Below are positions 12,583-64,000 of a stretch of 64,000 nucleotides of DNA, in pieces. The first letter of the stretch is position 1, and each line of letters opens with the position of its first letter. The position numbers and the translations under genes were made by a program. This stretch comes from Octopus vulgaris (Eukaryota). The DNA lies in the NCBI GenBank assembly GCA_951406725.2, contig OX597825.1, positions 35,030,001-35,094,000 of the forward strand, given 5' to 3'. The notes under the pieces were generated by a model. That model was not told the DNA's origin, ran no database searches, and saw nothing but the letters and a program-made list of their open reading frames with translations.

Positions 12583-13846
12583 TGAGGGTGGGCTGGAAAG
12601 TTCTTAGGCTGACCAAGAAGGAGTTATTATACTGTAATTAAACTTGCCATACATTAAATTCAACCTTTAATGGTGCTAGCTGCATTTTTTCTTTCCAGAT
12701 AAACCCACATTGGATAGAAAATTGAGGACTAGGAAAAGTGGGACTAGAGTCATTTCATGAAAATTGATAAGATTTGGCACCATAGTATTATCAAATATCT
12801 GCAGAAAAAGGGGTTAGCCCCCGAGGACATTCATGCTGACATAGTTTGCTACATTAGGGGAGGATACTCCAGTTTTATCAGCTGTGCAAAAGTTGGCAGC
12901 TGAATTCAGGAGGGGTAGGGGGAGTCTTGAAGATGACCCAAGGTTTGGAGTCCTACCACAACCACCACCTAAGGAAAACATTGACTGTGTTCACCACACG
13001 GTGATGGATGACAGATGTTTAAATATTGATCAGACAGTTAATGCTGTAGGCATCTCCTGTGAATGAGTTGAGAATATTCTGCATAACGAACTTGGCATGT
13101 TGAAGCGTTCCACTCGGTGGGTGCCATGGCTTTTGATGCCTGATCAAAGGCACATTAGGGTAGTCATATTACAGGCAAACTTGACCTTTTTGAATCAAAT
13201 CCATGAATGTTGGGTTCACCACTTCGAGCCACAGATGAAATGGCAGTTCATGCAGTGGAAACATGCCTCTTCTCCCCCCACCAAAGAAGGTCAAGGTGGT
13301 GTCATCAGTAGGGAAGGTGATGGCTTCTATCTTCTGGGATGCAAAGGGCACTGTGTTCATTGATTACTTTCAGAAAGGTCATACTATCAATGGAGAATAC
13401 TATACCAACTTGTTGAGGCAGCTGTGAAAGGTAATCAATCAAAATGGCCTGGAAAACTGATGAAGGGGGTCTTGCTTCACCAGGACAATGCTCCTGCACA
13501 CAAGTCTGTGGTTGCAATGGCTGCTGTATGCAACTGTGGCTTTGAACTGGTTGATCACCCTCCATTTTCTCCTGATTTGGCACCATCTGACTATTTTCTG
13601 TTCCTCAACATGAAAAAAAAACTTGACTGGGAAGCAGTATTGGACCAGTGATGAGGTCATGTCAGTAGTTGAGGACATTTTTGAGGGTCAGGATAAGAGC
13701 TTTTATACCACAGTAATCCAAACACTGCAACACCAATAGAAGAAGTGTATGGACCACAAGGGAGACTATGTGGAAAAATAAAACACATTCAGTCAAGTTT
13801 GATTATTGCATTATGCTCAGCCTATGAACTTTTCAACCCATTCTTG
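12583..13846 (+). mobile_element. Degenerate full-length mariner (irritans-like)
   Basis: TIR-like ends tgagggtgggctggaaagttcttaggct / agcctatgaacttttcaacccattcttg with TA flanks; RWVPWLL, LLHQDNAPAH, FSPDLAPSDYFLF. Confidence 0.9.
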
Positions 13847-15145
13847 TACACCTAGTGATCAGGGTAACTTGGGATCTTTAAGTTCTTTCATTGCCCTGAT
13901 TGTTAATTTATTGGAGGGATTTGTTGTTATTGTTTTTATTGTTTACACATGTTTGTGTTTTAGGTTGTCAGATAAATTCATTTGTCTTCTTTTCTCCCCC
14001 ATTTATTTTTAATATTTTCCAGTATTATTTATGTACATAAAAAATAATTTTATTGTAGTGTTTTCTGTTTTTTTTTTCTTGTAGCTCTGATCTTTCTCTA
14101 CAACTTTTGTCTGTCGTTTTTGAAATCTGAATAAATTTTATTGCTTTTCAGACATATGACAATAGAGTACCAAATAAGGAAAGAAAAAAAGAACAAATTT
14201 ATTTGACAACACAATAAATCCCCATTGTCCTTCATCTTTGTATTGTTCTGAATTTGTCTTTTATGGCTCTTGTTACCAATAAAAAAGGTGTTGTTGTTCT
14301 TCTTCTCATTATTACTATTATCATTAAGGCAGTGAGATGGCAGAATCATTAGCACGTCTGTCTTCAGATTCTGAATTCAAATTCTGCTGAAGTCAGTTTT
14401 GCTTTTCATCCTTTTGGGGGTTGATAAAATAAGTACCAGCTGAACACTGGGGTTGATGTAAATGACTTATCCCCTCCCTCAAAATTGCTGGCCTTGTGCC
14501 AGAATTTGAAATCACTATTATTATTATTATTATTATTATGATTATGATTATTATTATTATTGTTATTATTATTATTATTATAAATCCTTTGAGTTCTGCA
14601 TCTTTTCTCTTATCTTGTTGAGTGTAACCGTGATACCCGAAGCAAAATTTTGTCCTGCATAAATCAATCAATTGGGTTACAGCTGTTACCATAAGAGCGG
14701 ACATTGTAAATGTATTATTGATAATTATTATTAGTATTATTTATTTAAATTGGTGATAGTTATTATTATTATTATTATTATTATATTTTTATTCTTTAGT
14801 ACACTCATATTTGACAGCATTCATCGCAATTAGAGATGGCAATCTAACAGCAATGAGAACGATGACATCAACAACACAATGTAAACCAAAAGAAGAAGAT
14901 AAAGAAGAAAGGGGAAGAATTAAAAAGGAAAAGATATGCAGGAACAAAAAATGCTATGGACGGAAAATTATAAAGAATGCATAGAGATAGAAGAAAGACA
15001 AAATGACAGGAACAAAGAAAAAGTAAAGAGGAAAATGATCATCTTCAAGATAAAACTAATGACAATGAGAAAGAAAGATGCATGCAGAGACAAAGGGTGG
15101 CTGTGTGTGGATGTGTAGAGTTATCAAAAACATGTGTGAACTTAC

Positions 15146-54233
<39,088 letters not shown>

Positions 54234-54550
54234 CTGATGGAAAACAAAAGTGAGGGACAAAAAAAGTTAGATATCAGGAAGGAGTGTATGTGTAAGAAAA
54301 AGAAAGGGAATAAAAGAGAAAGAAAGAAAGAAAGAGGAGAAATGTGTAGTATGCACATATATGTGTGTGTATTTATTATTCATATATATATGTAAGCATG
54401 TGTGTGGATATTTTTATGTGAGAGTGAGAATATGTATATATATTATCAATGTCATCATCTTAGTTTTAATGTCCATGTACCCATGCTTGCATGAGTTAGA
54501 TGGAGTTTATTGCGACAGATTTTCAACAGGCAGATGTCTGTATACGTAAA

Positions 54551-54559
<9 letters not shown>

Positions 54560-54642
<83 letters not shown>
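54560..54642. repeat. (GA)n microsatellite
   Basis: Direct reading. Confidence 0.97.
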
Positions 54643-54647
<5 letters not shown>

Positions 54648-54748
54648 ATCTACTTGACTTGTTGAGTAATTATTACTTCCAAGGGTCTGCTAGGTAGGAA
54701 ACATGTACCCTGGATTTTACCTGAACCATTCCCTCAATTTGGATATGG

Positions 54749-54792
<44 letters not shown>

Positions 54793-54972
54793 TATGTCTG
54801 TGTGTGTGTGTGTGCTGATCAGGTGATTGAAGTAATCTGTAATAAGTATCTCAGTGTTACAGAGGAAGGATATTTAGTGTCTTTTTGCTTCCTGGTTAGA
54901 TGGTTCAAATCTCTTCCCTTCAGGAAAGACCATGCATTTATGCATGTGTGTATATGTGTGTGTATGCACGCA

Positions 54973-55003
<31 letters not shown>

Positions 55004-55394
55004 AAAACATCTGAATCATTAGGGCCATAAATAACCCTATTGTAACAAACCTTTTTAAAAAATGAAAGGATACATTTCAATATACACACACACATACACT
55101 GAAAAATAATAACATATTGAATATTTTCAGGATCTGAAGCAAAATTATGGCTGAATAGTTAGTGTTACAATGAAAGTTTCAGAGAATATTTACTATCTTT
55201 ACTCTCAGTAAGTTATTGTTAAGTCATCAATGAAATGTTACAACTCAAATTACAAAAATCAATCCACCATGATTTAATCAATAACCACTCTGAAAGTACA
55301 TTTAACATGAAATAGCCCATGCCTTCCCACTCAACTGCTTGACTGCAATCATATCTTCTCTCTCTAATTCACAATTTTGTGCACGCATGCATGT

Positions 55395-55441
<47 letters not shown>

Positions 55442-57824
55442 GTGCAATTCCCTTCTCCTACATACATCTTTTACCTTTTACTTGTTTGAGTCATTGGACT
55501 GTGACCATGCTGGGTCACTGCTTTTAAGGAATTGGTAAAAAGAAATCCACCCCAGGACTTTTATTAAAGTCTGATACATATTTTATCAGTCTCACTTGCT
55601 GAACCCCTAAGCTACATTGATGTAAGCAAAATAACACCAGCTGTCAAGTAAATGTTCAAACATTGTCACTATCTTTCCAAATACTGCAGCATTTTACATG
55701 GAATTTTTTGATCCTCCAAAGTTGTCTTGGTTGACCTACCTTTTCCACTGTAAATTTTGGCCAGAACATTTCGAATTGGATGGTAGAAAATATGGTAAAT
55801 TAATGTACTTTTTTTTATCTTCATGTTGCATATTCTTTTAGTATAATACAGCTGTCCCAACATAATCTATTTTGATTGTAGTTATATTTACTCACATTAT
55901 GTTGAACAAATCGACTCCAATACTTTTTTTAAGTCTGATTGTCAAGTGGAGGTGGAGGACAAACATAGATATATGCACACACACACATGCACGTGCACAC
56001 ACAATGGGCTTCTTTCAGTTTCCATATATCAAATCTACTCATAAGGATTTGGTTCGCTCAGGGCTATAGTAGAAGACACTTACCCAAGGTGCCACACAGT
56101 AGAACTGAACTCTGACATTGAAATTTTTTACCTTTATCATAAAGTCTTTCAAATTTTGGCACAAGGTGAGAAATTTTAGTGAGACAGAGTAAGTCATCAA
56201 ACCTAGTGCTCAACTGGTACTTGTTTTATCAACCTCAAAAAGGATGAAATGCAAAGTCAACTGCGGCAGAATTTGAATGCAGACCTGGAAGAAATGCCAT
56301 TAAACATTTTGGTTGATGCACAAATGACTGTGAAACTTGAAAACTTTTATAGTCAAACATTTTATAATTTATTTCTTATCTTTTTTCTATTTAAGGCTAA
56401 GCATTCAATTCTTTTTTTTTTTAATCTTTTAATCAGGAGGAAGGGAGTACTTATTATACATTTCAGGGTCACTGAGACTAGTAGGAAGTAGGAGGAAAGT
56501 ATCCTTTGACTGAGGGCCTGGTTTGAATGTTTGCAACAATGTGGACCAAATAAAAACAGTCAAAGGTGTTAGGTAGTGATGTTAAACCAGGTGACAAATT
56601 AGGCTACCACCCAAGTAGGTTATGGTAAGATTTGAACTCAGAACACAAAGGGCCAGAACAAATACTGCAAAGCATCTGGTGCAACATTCCTTCAATTCCA
56701 TCATTCCATCATCATAGATTGGCATTTTTTTTATTGACCTCGAAAAGATGAAAGGGAAAGTTTTCCACAGCAGTATTTGAATGCAGTGTGCAGAGATACA
56801 GAAAAGATACCATGCTGTATTCCACTTATAACCTTGCCAATATAGAAATATACATTCACAGATCAAAATGCAATGAAAATTTATTCCTGCACTTTAACTT
56901 TAGAAGTTATTTTTTAAAAAATAACAATTATCAATAACTTCCTTTTAAACAACCAATCAATAAAATCGATTGTTTTATCATCTATCAATTTAAATCAATA
57001 ATTAAAATGGTGAACTGGCAGAATTGTTTGGGCTTCAGACAAAATGCTTAGTAATATTTCTCCTGGCTCTTTACATTCTGAGTTCAAATTCTTACAGGTT
57101 TGATGAAATAAGTACCAGTTGAGTGCTAAGGTCAATGTAATCGACTATACACCTCCCCTAAAATCATTGGTCTTGAGGTTCTTTCTTCAATGAAAGGTAA
57201 TAATAATTTGAAAAAGATATGTTAATTCTAACAGATTGAGCTATGGTGTAGATGCTCCCACATCCTGTTGCCAATACCCACTTGTTTCCAAGCAAGGTAA
57301 TATTTCCTCATGGTTAGAGATGTTTTCACAGAATATTGGAAATGAATGAAACTCATTCACAACAACCACGTGACGTTAAGACATATGGAGACACAAACAT
57401 ACAATCATACACACACTATGTATTAATGAGTGTGTGTGTGCATGAGGAGCTTTAACCAAATCCACCCACAAGGATTTACTTGACCTGGGCTATAGTACAA
57501 AACACTAGCCCAAGGTACTGTGCAGTGGGACTGAACCTTAAACCATGTGGTTGGGAAGTAAACTTCTAAGTCACACAGCCACCACAAGGAAAATAATCAT
57601 GTTTTAAGTAATGGGGCACCACTTTCAATGGATTCTTACTAATTTACATTGAATCCAGTAATTGAGTCAAGTACTTATTGTATTGATCTCATTAGAGCTG
57701 GTTTCAGTATAAAGAGTGATACCCCAGTCAGATTTTAATAACACAGTATATAATGGTGCATTTGTTTGATGCATTGGTTTTGCTCATTTTATGTTTTATA
57801 TATGCATGAAATACATACATGTAC

Positions 57825-58443
57825 ATCATCACCATCCTCATTATTCAATGTCTGTTTTCCATGTTGGTATGGGCTGAGTAGCCTGGGTGACACCAGATTC
57901 CGTAGTCTGTTTTTCCTTGGTTTCTACAGCTGGATGTCCTTCCTTATATCAACCACTTTACTAAGTGCTCTTGGTGATTTTTATGTGACACCACCACCAG
58001 TGCTTTTTCTGTAGCACCAGCACTTTTTACATGGCACACTGTAGATGATAGGTCTTCTTGAGTACAGTAATGCACCATATATCTCAGTCCTTTATTGTCT
58101 TCATAAGGCTCAGTGTTTTGAGACCAGCCTTTAATCACCTCCTGTCTTCCTGGGTCTCCTTCTTCCACAACTTCCATTTTAAGTGATTGGCACTTCTTTA
58201 TGCAACTGCCGTCATCTATCTGCATCACATGACCAAACCAGCACAGTCCTCTCTCTTCCACACTGATTCTAATTCCCCTTTTACCTGACTTTTCTCTCAA
58301 TACACTAGTGTTCTGTTGCACATATATCCTGATATAACAGGTCCAGTGGAGAATACTAGTTTTGCTCCACTCCAGTCTTAGCATATCTTGAGCATTCAGG
58401 GCCCATTGTTCATACACATGCATCATACAATCTTCCCTTCCTT

Positions 58444-58493
<50 letters not shown>

Positions 58494-58720
58494 CCTTTGG
58501 TTGCAAACAGAAGTAAAAGCTCTCTGAACTTTCTCCATCTTATTCTAGCTGTTACACTTTCACTACATTCTCCTCCACTGCTAATTAAGCCTCCTATGTA
58601 GCAGAAATTACCTACTACTTCCAGAGGGCCTCCAGCACATTTGAGGAAATCAGTTTCCTCTGTATCTGTAGTCTTTATGGCGCCAATGCATCTACAAGGG
58701 CAATCCCAAAAATAAGGTCT
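57825..58720 (-). mobile_element. RTE LINE 3' part, degenerate
   Basis: LEVVGNFCYIGGLISSGGECSESVTARIR..WRKFRELL..LCWFGHVM; ends in catggaaaacagacattgaat(GAT)n. Confidence 0.85.
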
Positions 58721-58759
58721 CCAAAAATATTTAGAAATCACAAAAATGTTTATTGCCAA

Positions 58760-58824
<65 letters not shown>

Positions 58825-58884
58825 CACAAACACACGCACACACGCACACACACATGCATGCACACACACACACACATATATATA

Positions 58885-59040
58885 TAACGGGCTTCTTTCG
58901 GTTTCCATCTACCAAATCCACTCATAAGGCTTTGGTTGGCCCAAGGCTATTAGTAGAAGACACCTGCCCAAAGTGCAACGCTGTGGGACTGAACCCAGAA
59001 CCATGTGGTTGGTAAGCAAGCTACTTACCACACACTCACT
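58885..59040 (-). mobile_element. SINE family A 5' half
   Basis: Aligns to 1735-1889. Confidence 0.8.
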
Positions 59041-59087
59041 CATGTGTCATGTACATACATACATACATATATATATATATATAAATG

Positions 59088-59560
59088 TGGAGGTGCAATG
59101 GCCCAGTGGTTAGAGCAGCGGACTCGCGGTCGTAGGATCTAGGTTTCGATTCCCGGACTGGGCATTGTGAGTGTTTATTGAGCGAAAACACCTAAAGCTC
59201 CACAAGGCTCCGGCTGGGGGTGGTGGTGAACCCTGCTGTACTCCTTCACTGCAACTTTCTCTCACTCTTTCTTCCTGTTTCTGTTGTACTTGTATTTCAA
59301 AGGGCCCGCCTTGTCACACTCTGTGTCATGCTAAATCTCCCTGAGAACTATGTTAAGGGTACATGTGTCCGTGGAGTGCTCTGCCACTTGCAAGTTAATA
59401 AATGAGCTGCGACATCACTGGTGCCAAGCTGTATTGGCCTTTACCTTTCCCTTGCGTGGCGACTGCTGGTCTTCCATAAACAAACTTGCCCAGACTTGTG
59501 CCTCGGCGGATAACTTTCTAGGTGCAATCCCATGGTCATTCATGACCGAAGGGGGTCACA
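59088..59560 (+). mobile_element. Composite tRNA-derived SINE
   Basis: A box tggcccagtgg, B box ggtttcgattcc; middle matches the 3970-4290 body, end matches the 26293-26630 tail. Confidence 0.8.
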
Positions 59561-59797
59561 ACAATACATATAGATAAATAGATATATACACATACACATA
59601 TATACACACACAAACACACACATGCGTACACAGTTTTAATAAACATGTTTTATTTATACTAATGTACAGATATCTGTATTTCATTTATTTATTCAAGTAA
59701 ATTTAATATTTGCTCAATTTGGAGATGACCACCTCTGGTTCAAATAAATTAGTAATCTGGAAGAGTTTTGGAATCACTGGTTCTAGAAAATCGATGT

Positions 59798-59847
<50 letters not shown>

Positions 59848-59884
59848 CATACATACATACATACATATATGCACATGCATTTTT

Positions 59885-60065
59885 TTCTTTTATTCTCTTA
59901 CTTGTTTCAGTTATTTTGACTGTGGCCATGCTGGAGTATAGCCTTTAGTTGAATTGACCCTAGAACTTATTCTGTGTAAGCTTATCAGTCTCTTTTGCCA
60001 AACCACTAAGTTTCGGGGATGTAAACACACTAACCCTGGTTGTCAGGCAATAGTGGGGGGACAAA
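59885..60065 (-). mobile_element. SINE family A 3' half
   Basis: Aligns to 1496-1690. Confidence 0.75.
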
Positions 60066-60829
60066 CACACACACACGCACACATATATATATATATATGA
60101 ACCCAAAACCATGTGGTTGAGAAGCAACCTTTTTACCACACAGCCACTCCTGTGCTTTACTCACTCCTGTATTTATATATGTGTATATATATATGTATGT
60201 ATATATATATATATATATATATACTTGTGTGTGTATATATATATTATATATAGTGAACTTCTGTGGCCTTTCCTTCAAGATTTCATTTCCATGGTATTGG
60301 CAGCCAGAGAGTGTTAGAGAAGACATTTGTCCAGCGTCTGACCTAATAAGCTGAAACCCAGAACCAAATACTTTTAATGTGAACTTAATCACAGGATAGC
60401 TTAGAGAAGACAAATTCAAATTAATGAAAATGACAATAAGAAAATGAAAATACAGACAAAAACACCCTGAAATAAAATATAAAACCTCCAATCAAAGAAA
60501 TAAAGCAACAAAACTAAATATTTATAATTAACTGAATTGTGATCATGATGATGATAGTGCAAATATCAATTCCTGTCCTTAAATGAAAGCATTAGATTTA
60601 AATCAAAGATAAAATATTTTAAATAGATTTGTCATATATGTATTTTAAGATAGTAAATGAAAGAAAAGCAAAAGTAAAAAAAAAACCAACAAGCATTTCA
60701 TTTAAAAAAAATCTATAAATGATTTTAAATTTGGAGCAGAACTACTTGATGTGTAGATTATCTATAATTGTCATTTAAATACGTAAATCTTTTACAATAG
60801 AGACCTGTTAAAAAATATAAATCAAAACA

Positions 60830-60831
<2 letters not shown>

Positions 60832-60860
<29 letters not shown>

Positions 60861-60930
60861 TGTATGTATGTATGTATGTATGTATGTATGTATGTATGTA
60901 TGAATGTATGTATGAATGTATGTATGTATA
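60832..60930. repeat. (TATG)n microsatellite
   Basis: Direct reading. Confidence 0.95.
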
Positions 60931-61559
60931 CTGCAGTGCTTATTTAGATGTTTCATTAAAAGGAATACATTAAATTCATCTATCATTTAGCAATGAATGG
61001 ATATCAATATATATATATAAATCAGCAACATATACATATCTATACTGAAAAGATAATATAAAAAATTACAAATATTAATTTTTATCTTGTAATTATAGAT
61101 TTCATTAGGAGCATTACAATTATTTGATGTTTTGATAAAATTTTATAAAGCATTAAAACATTAATTACAGATATGCATTATTAATTATCATCAATTATTA
61201 TTATTCAAAATAAGAATTATTATTATCATAATTACCAAGAACTTATGGAGAATTTATGAGATTAAAAAACAATAAATATATTTAAAATCCAAGAGTATAT
61301 GAAATCTCATGCTCAAATGAGGTGATTGCTTTAGCATGCTGAAAAAAGATATATAGTAAAGCATGCTGAAAGATTTAATTTAATGATCAAACTGCTTATA
61401 TTCAGAACATGCATCACCTTTAAAGAATTCATGCAGCTTAATATCCCTGTTAGCATTCAACAAATATTTTAAATAAATTGTTGATATATTATTAAATAAT
61501 ACCATGCAATTTTTAAATAGAACTTAATGCTTCAGAGGTATTCAATGCCTTGTGAATCG

Positions 61560-63735
61560 GCATGGATGATAAATAGTTCCTCTGTAAGTTATGCACACAG
61601 TGATACTACTGTTGAAATAATCAGATTCCAGATAATATATCTGATTCCCAACATACATAAAAACTGGTACAATAGAACTCAAATCAGCATGTTCATGAAT
61701 GACATGGACAAGACCCAAAGAGCAACTATGGATAGTTTATTAATCACACTTTCAAAAAAGCATTAGTCTTCTATCCTTCCCTAAATACTGAATGATGGGT
61801 TGTCATAGCTTGCCATAGACTGCCATTCAGCTTTTAGGATAAGAAATCCTGATACATACAGACAAGAATGACATGAATATTTTGTATGATGAAATAAAGA
61901 CCTACCTTCTATGTTCCTAGAAATTATTCCTTAATATATCAGATGAAATATCTATACTAATAAATTTGCTAACAATAGTAGAGTACTAATAAGAATACTT
62001 CAAGTAGATTCTAAACCAAACTATATCAGTCATGGAAAAATTTTGTGAAACTGTAATCAATTGGATTGATGAACAAGTGACATTTGCCAAATTTAGTGCT
62101 GTTATAAAAAAACACTAAAACATTGAAAGGTTTTGGACTGGACAACATTCCAGGAGAGAACATGACGGTGGCATGGTGATTAATCACTACATCAAAGATG
62201 CATTGAATCAGGGATTGCATGGAATAATAGTATACACCTGAGTATATACCGTAACATCTATAAAACAAAGGAGACAAATCTGTTTTGCTAACTGTGGATA
62301 AATAGCACTCTTTTCATTGCTGGGTAGTCTTTACTAAGATTTATTCAAAATACTGATTCCATCAGTGCCAGGAAACATCACACAAGAGGCACAATACAGC
62401 TTTCAAAGGAACTGGAGCACAATCAGCAGATTCTTTGTTACAAAACAACTTAAAGAAGAATACAGAAACCAACATTAGGATCTGTTTATTGCATGGGCGT
62501 TTGTGAATCTGTGTAAAGTGTTTGATGCTGTAAACAGGCAAATTCTGTGGAATGTTCATAGAAAGTTTGGCTGCCCACCTAAATCCATGAATCTTCTCTG
62601 CCAGTTGAATGCAGAGACAAGGTCCAATATGTTATTGGAGGGCAGAAATTTGTGCCCTTAAATTGCAGAAATAGGTGCCAGAAAAGTTATGAACTATCCT
62701 CTATATTGTTTAATCTCTTCCTTGTCTTGTTACCACACAGTTAACTGATGAACAGAAAGGGAGACAAAAGACACAATTAACATTATTTCTCAACAGGGAC
62801 CTTTTCAACATCAGAAAGCTTAACAGGTCATTGAATTACAGTGTACTGATGACTGTGCTGTATAGCTTGTACTCTTGATGCACACAGTTTCATCCATCAT
62901 TTGAGCTCATGAAAGAAAGCTTATTAATGTCCAGAAAATTGAGATCATCTTTCATTGATGTACTCTGCTGCTATTTCTCCTCCTACTTTTTCAGTACATC
63001 AGTTACAAGACATGCTTTCTCAATTCAAATGTTTATGTAACAACATTCAAATTAGTACATGCAGGACAAAGATACTCTAAACAGTCTTAGAAAGACCTCT
63101 TTATCTTCTGGAAGGCTCGGATAGAGAGTCTTTCTTAGCAATCATCCCAGTCTCTATACAAAGCCTATGCTTATACTGTCCTGTATGGGTGTAAAATATG
63201 GACCATAGATTGCTAGCAGATTAGAATGCTGGAAACTGCTATCAACCAGTGTTTCTGGAAGTTCCTTTTAGTTACTGGCCAAAATAGGATTTCATACAGA
63301 AATTCTCCATTGAACGAACACAAACAATATTACATCTACACTATACAGACATTAACTGAGATGGTTTGACCTTGTAGTATGCATTTCTGACTTGAATCTC
63401 TCCAGTATCATCCATGGTCATGACTAATGCCTAGATAGAAGACCAAATAAGTGGTTCGTTGAAGAGAAGCAACATAAAATTTTAAGGGTGGAAAAGACAC
63501 CACTTAACCTTCCCAAACTTTGGTGGTCTCATTAATGGAGGGTACTTGGAAATATGGAAGATAAACTTATTCAGCACAACCAGGATAAGCAGGAAAGATA
63601 AGTACTACCAGGACAGAGTTACACCTGGAGCTGCCAACCAAATATCTACGTGTCCATTCTGTGACCAAAGCTGTACATCAGAGACAGGATGTACAGGCAT
63701 TGATAGGATCCACTAAAGAATTGGCCATCATCATA
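61560..63735 (+). mobile_element. Old RTE/BovB-like LINE ORF remnant
   Basis: EAQYSFQRNWST..QLKEEYRNQH..AFVNLCKVFDAVNRQILWNVHRKFGCPPK; LYGCKIW; LRWF; many stops; boundaries approximate. Confidence 0.7.
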
Positions 63736-64000
63736 TTGAAATTTACATACATAAATCTACCAAAATCAACAAATGAAAAAAATTACATAACTCCAATGAA
63801 TAAAACGTGTTCTTATTATAGAAGTAAAAATATTTTTAATAGTATATCTCTAAATAAAGCTAAATCAAAAAGAAACAACCCACCAAATACATAGGTTCAA
63901 GCCATATGTAAAATACAACCCCCATAGATAATATTAGTTATAATGATAAAAAAATGAACACTAATGTTACATACAAAGTCGAGAAGCATTCAAAGGCAAT

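Noticed and set aside
59088-59165. tRNA gene
   Set aside because: tRNA-like head continues into a SINE body; no complete cloverleaf or terminator.
60255-60352. GC-richer open segment as an upstream NCX exon
   Set aside because: No good donor and no recognisable homology.

Overview
AT-rich, repeat-dense animal genomic DNA. The SINE families and TA/CA microsatellite load point to an octopus (coleoid cephalopod); this is an inference. The window lies within one large minus-strand gene. I could assemble eight phase-compatible GT-AG exons (54142-54233, 30544-30631, 28223-28244, 25102-25287, 23723-23885, 22772-22895, 18285-18414, 15146-15236). They encode the cytosolic loop of a Na+/Ca2+ exchanger (NCX/SLC8-type): an RFRHAA helix followed by two tandem Calx-beta domains, in which most acidic Ca2+-ligand residues appear lost. 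The transmembrane exons were not found. The introns contain four mariner relics, CR1-, RTE-, L1/Tx1- and R4/Dong-type LINE fragments, piggyBac-like and hAT-like MITEs, many tRNA-derived SINEs, a 24-bp minisatellite and an ~875-nt poly-A run that is probably an artefact. The most striking unannotated signal is at least seven sequence-unrelated short elements carrying type-I hammerhead ribozyme folds of the Penelope-associated kind. Four of them are long fold-back inverted repeats, one has a tRNA-derived Pol III head, and one has a natural G3-C8 core covariation. Nearly all ORF-track entries are microsatellite or repeat noise.
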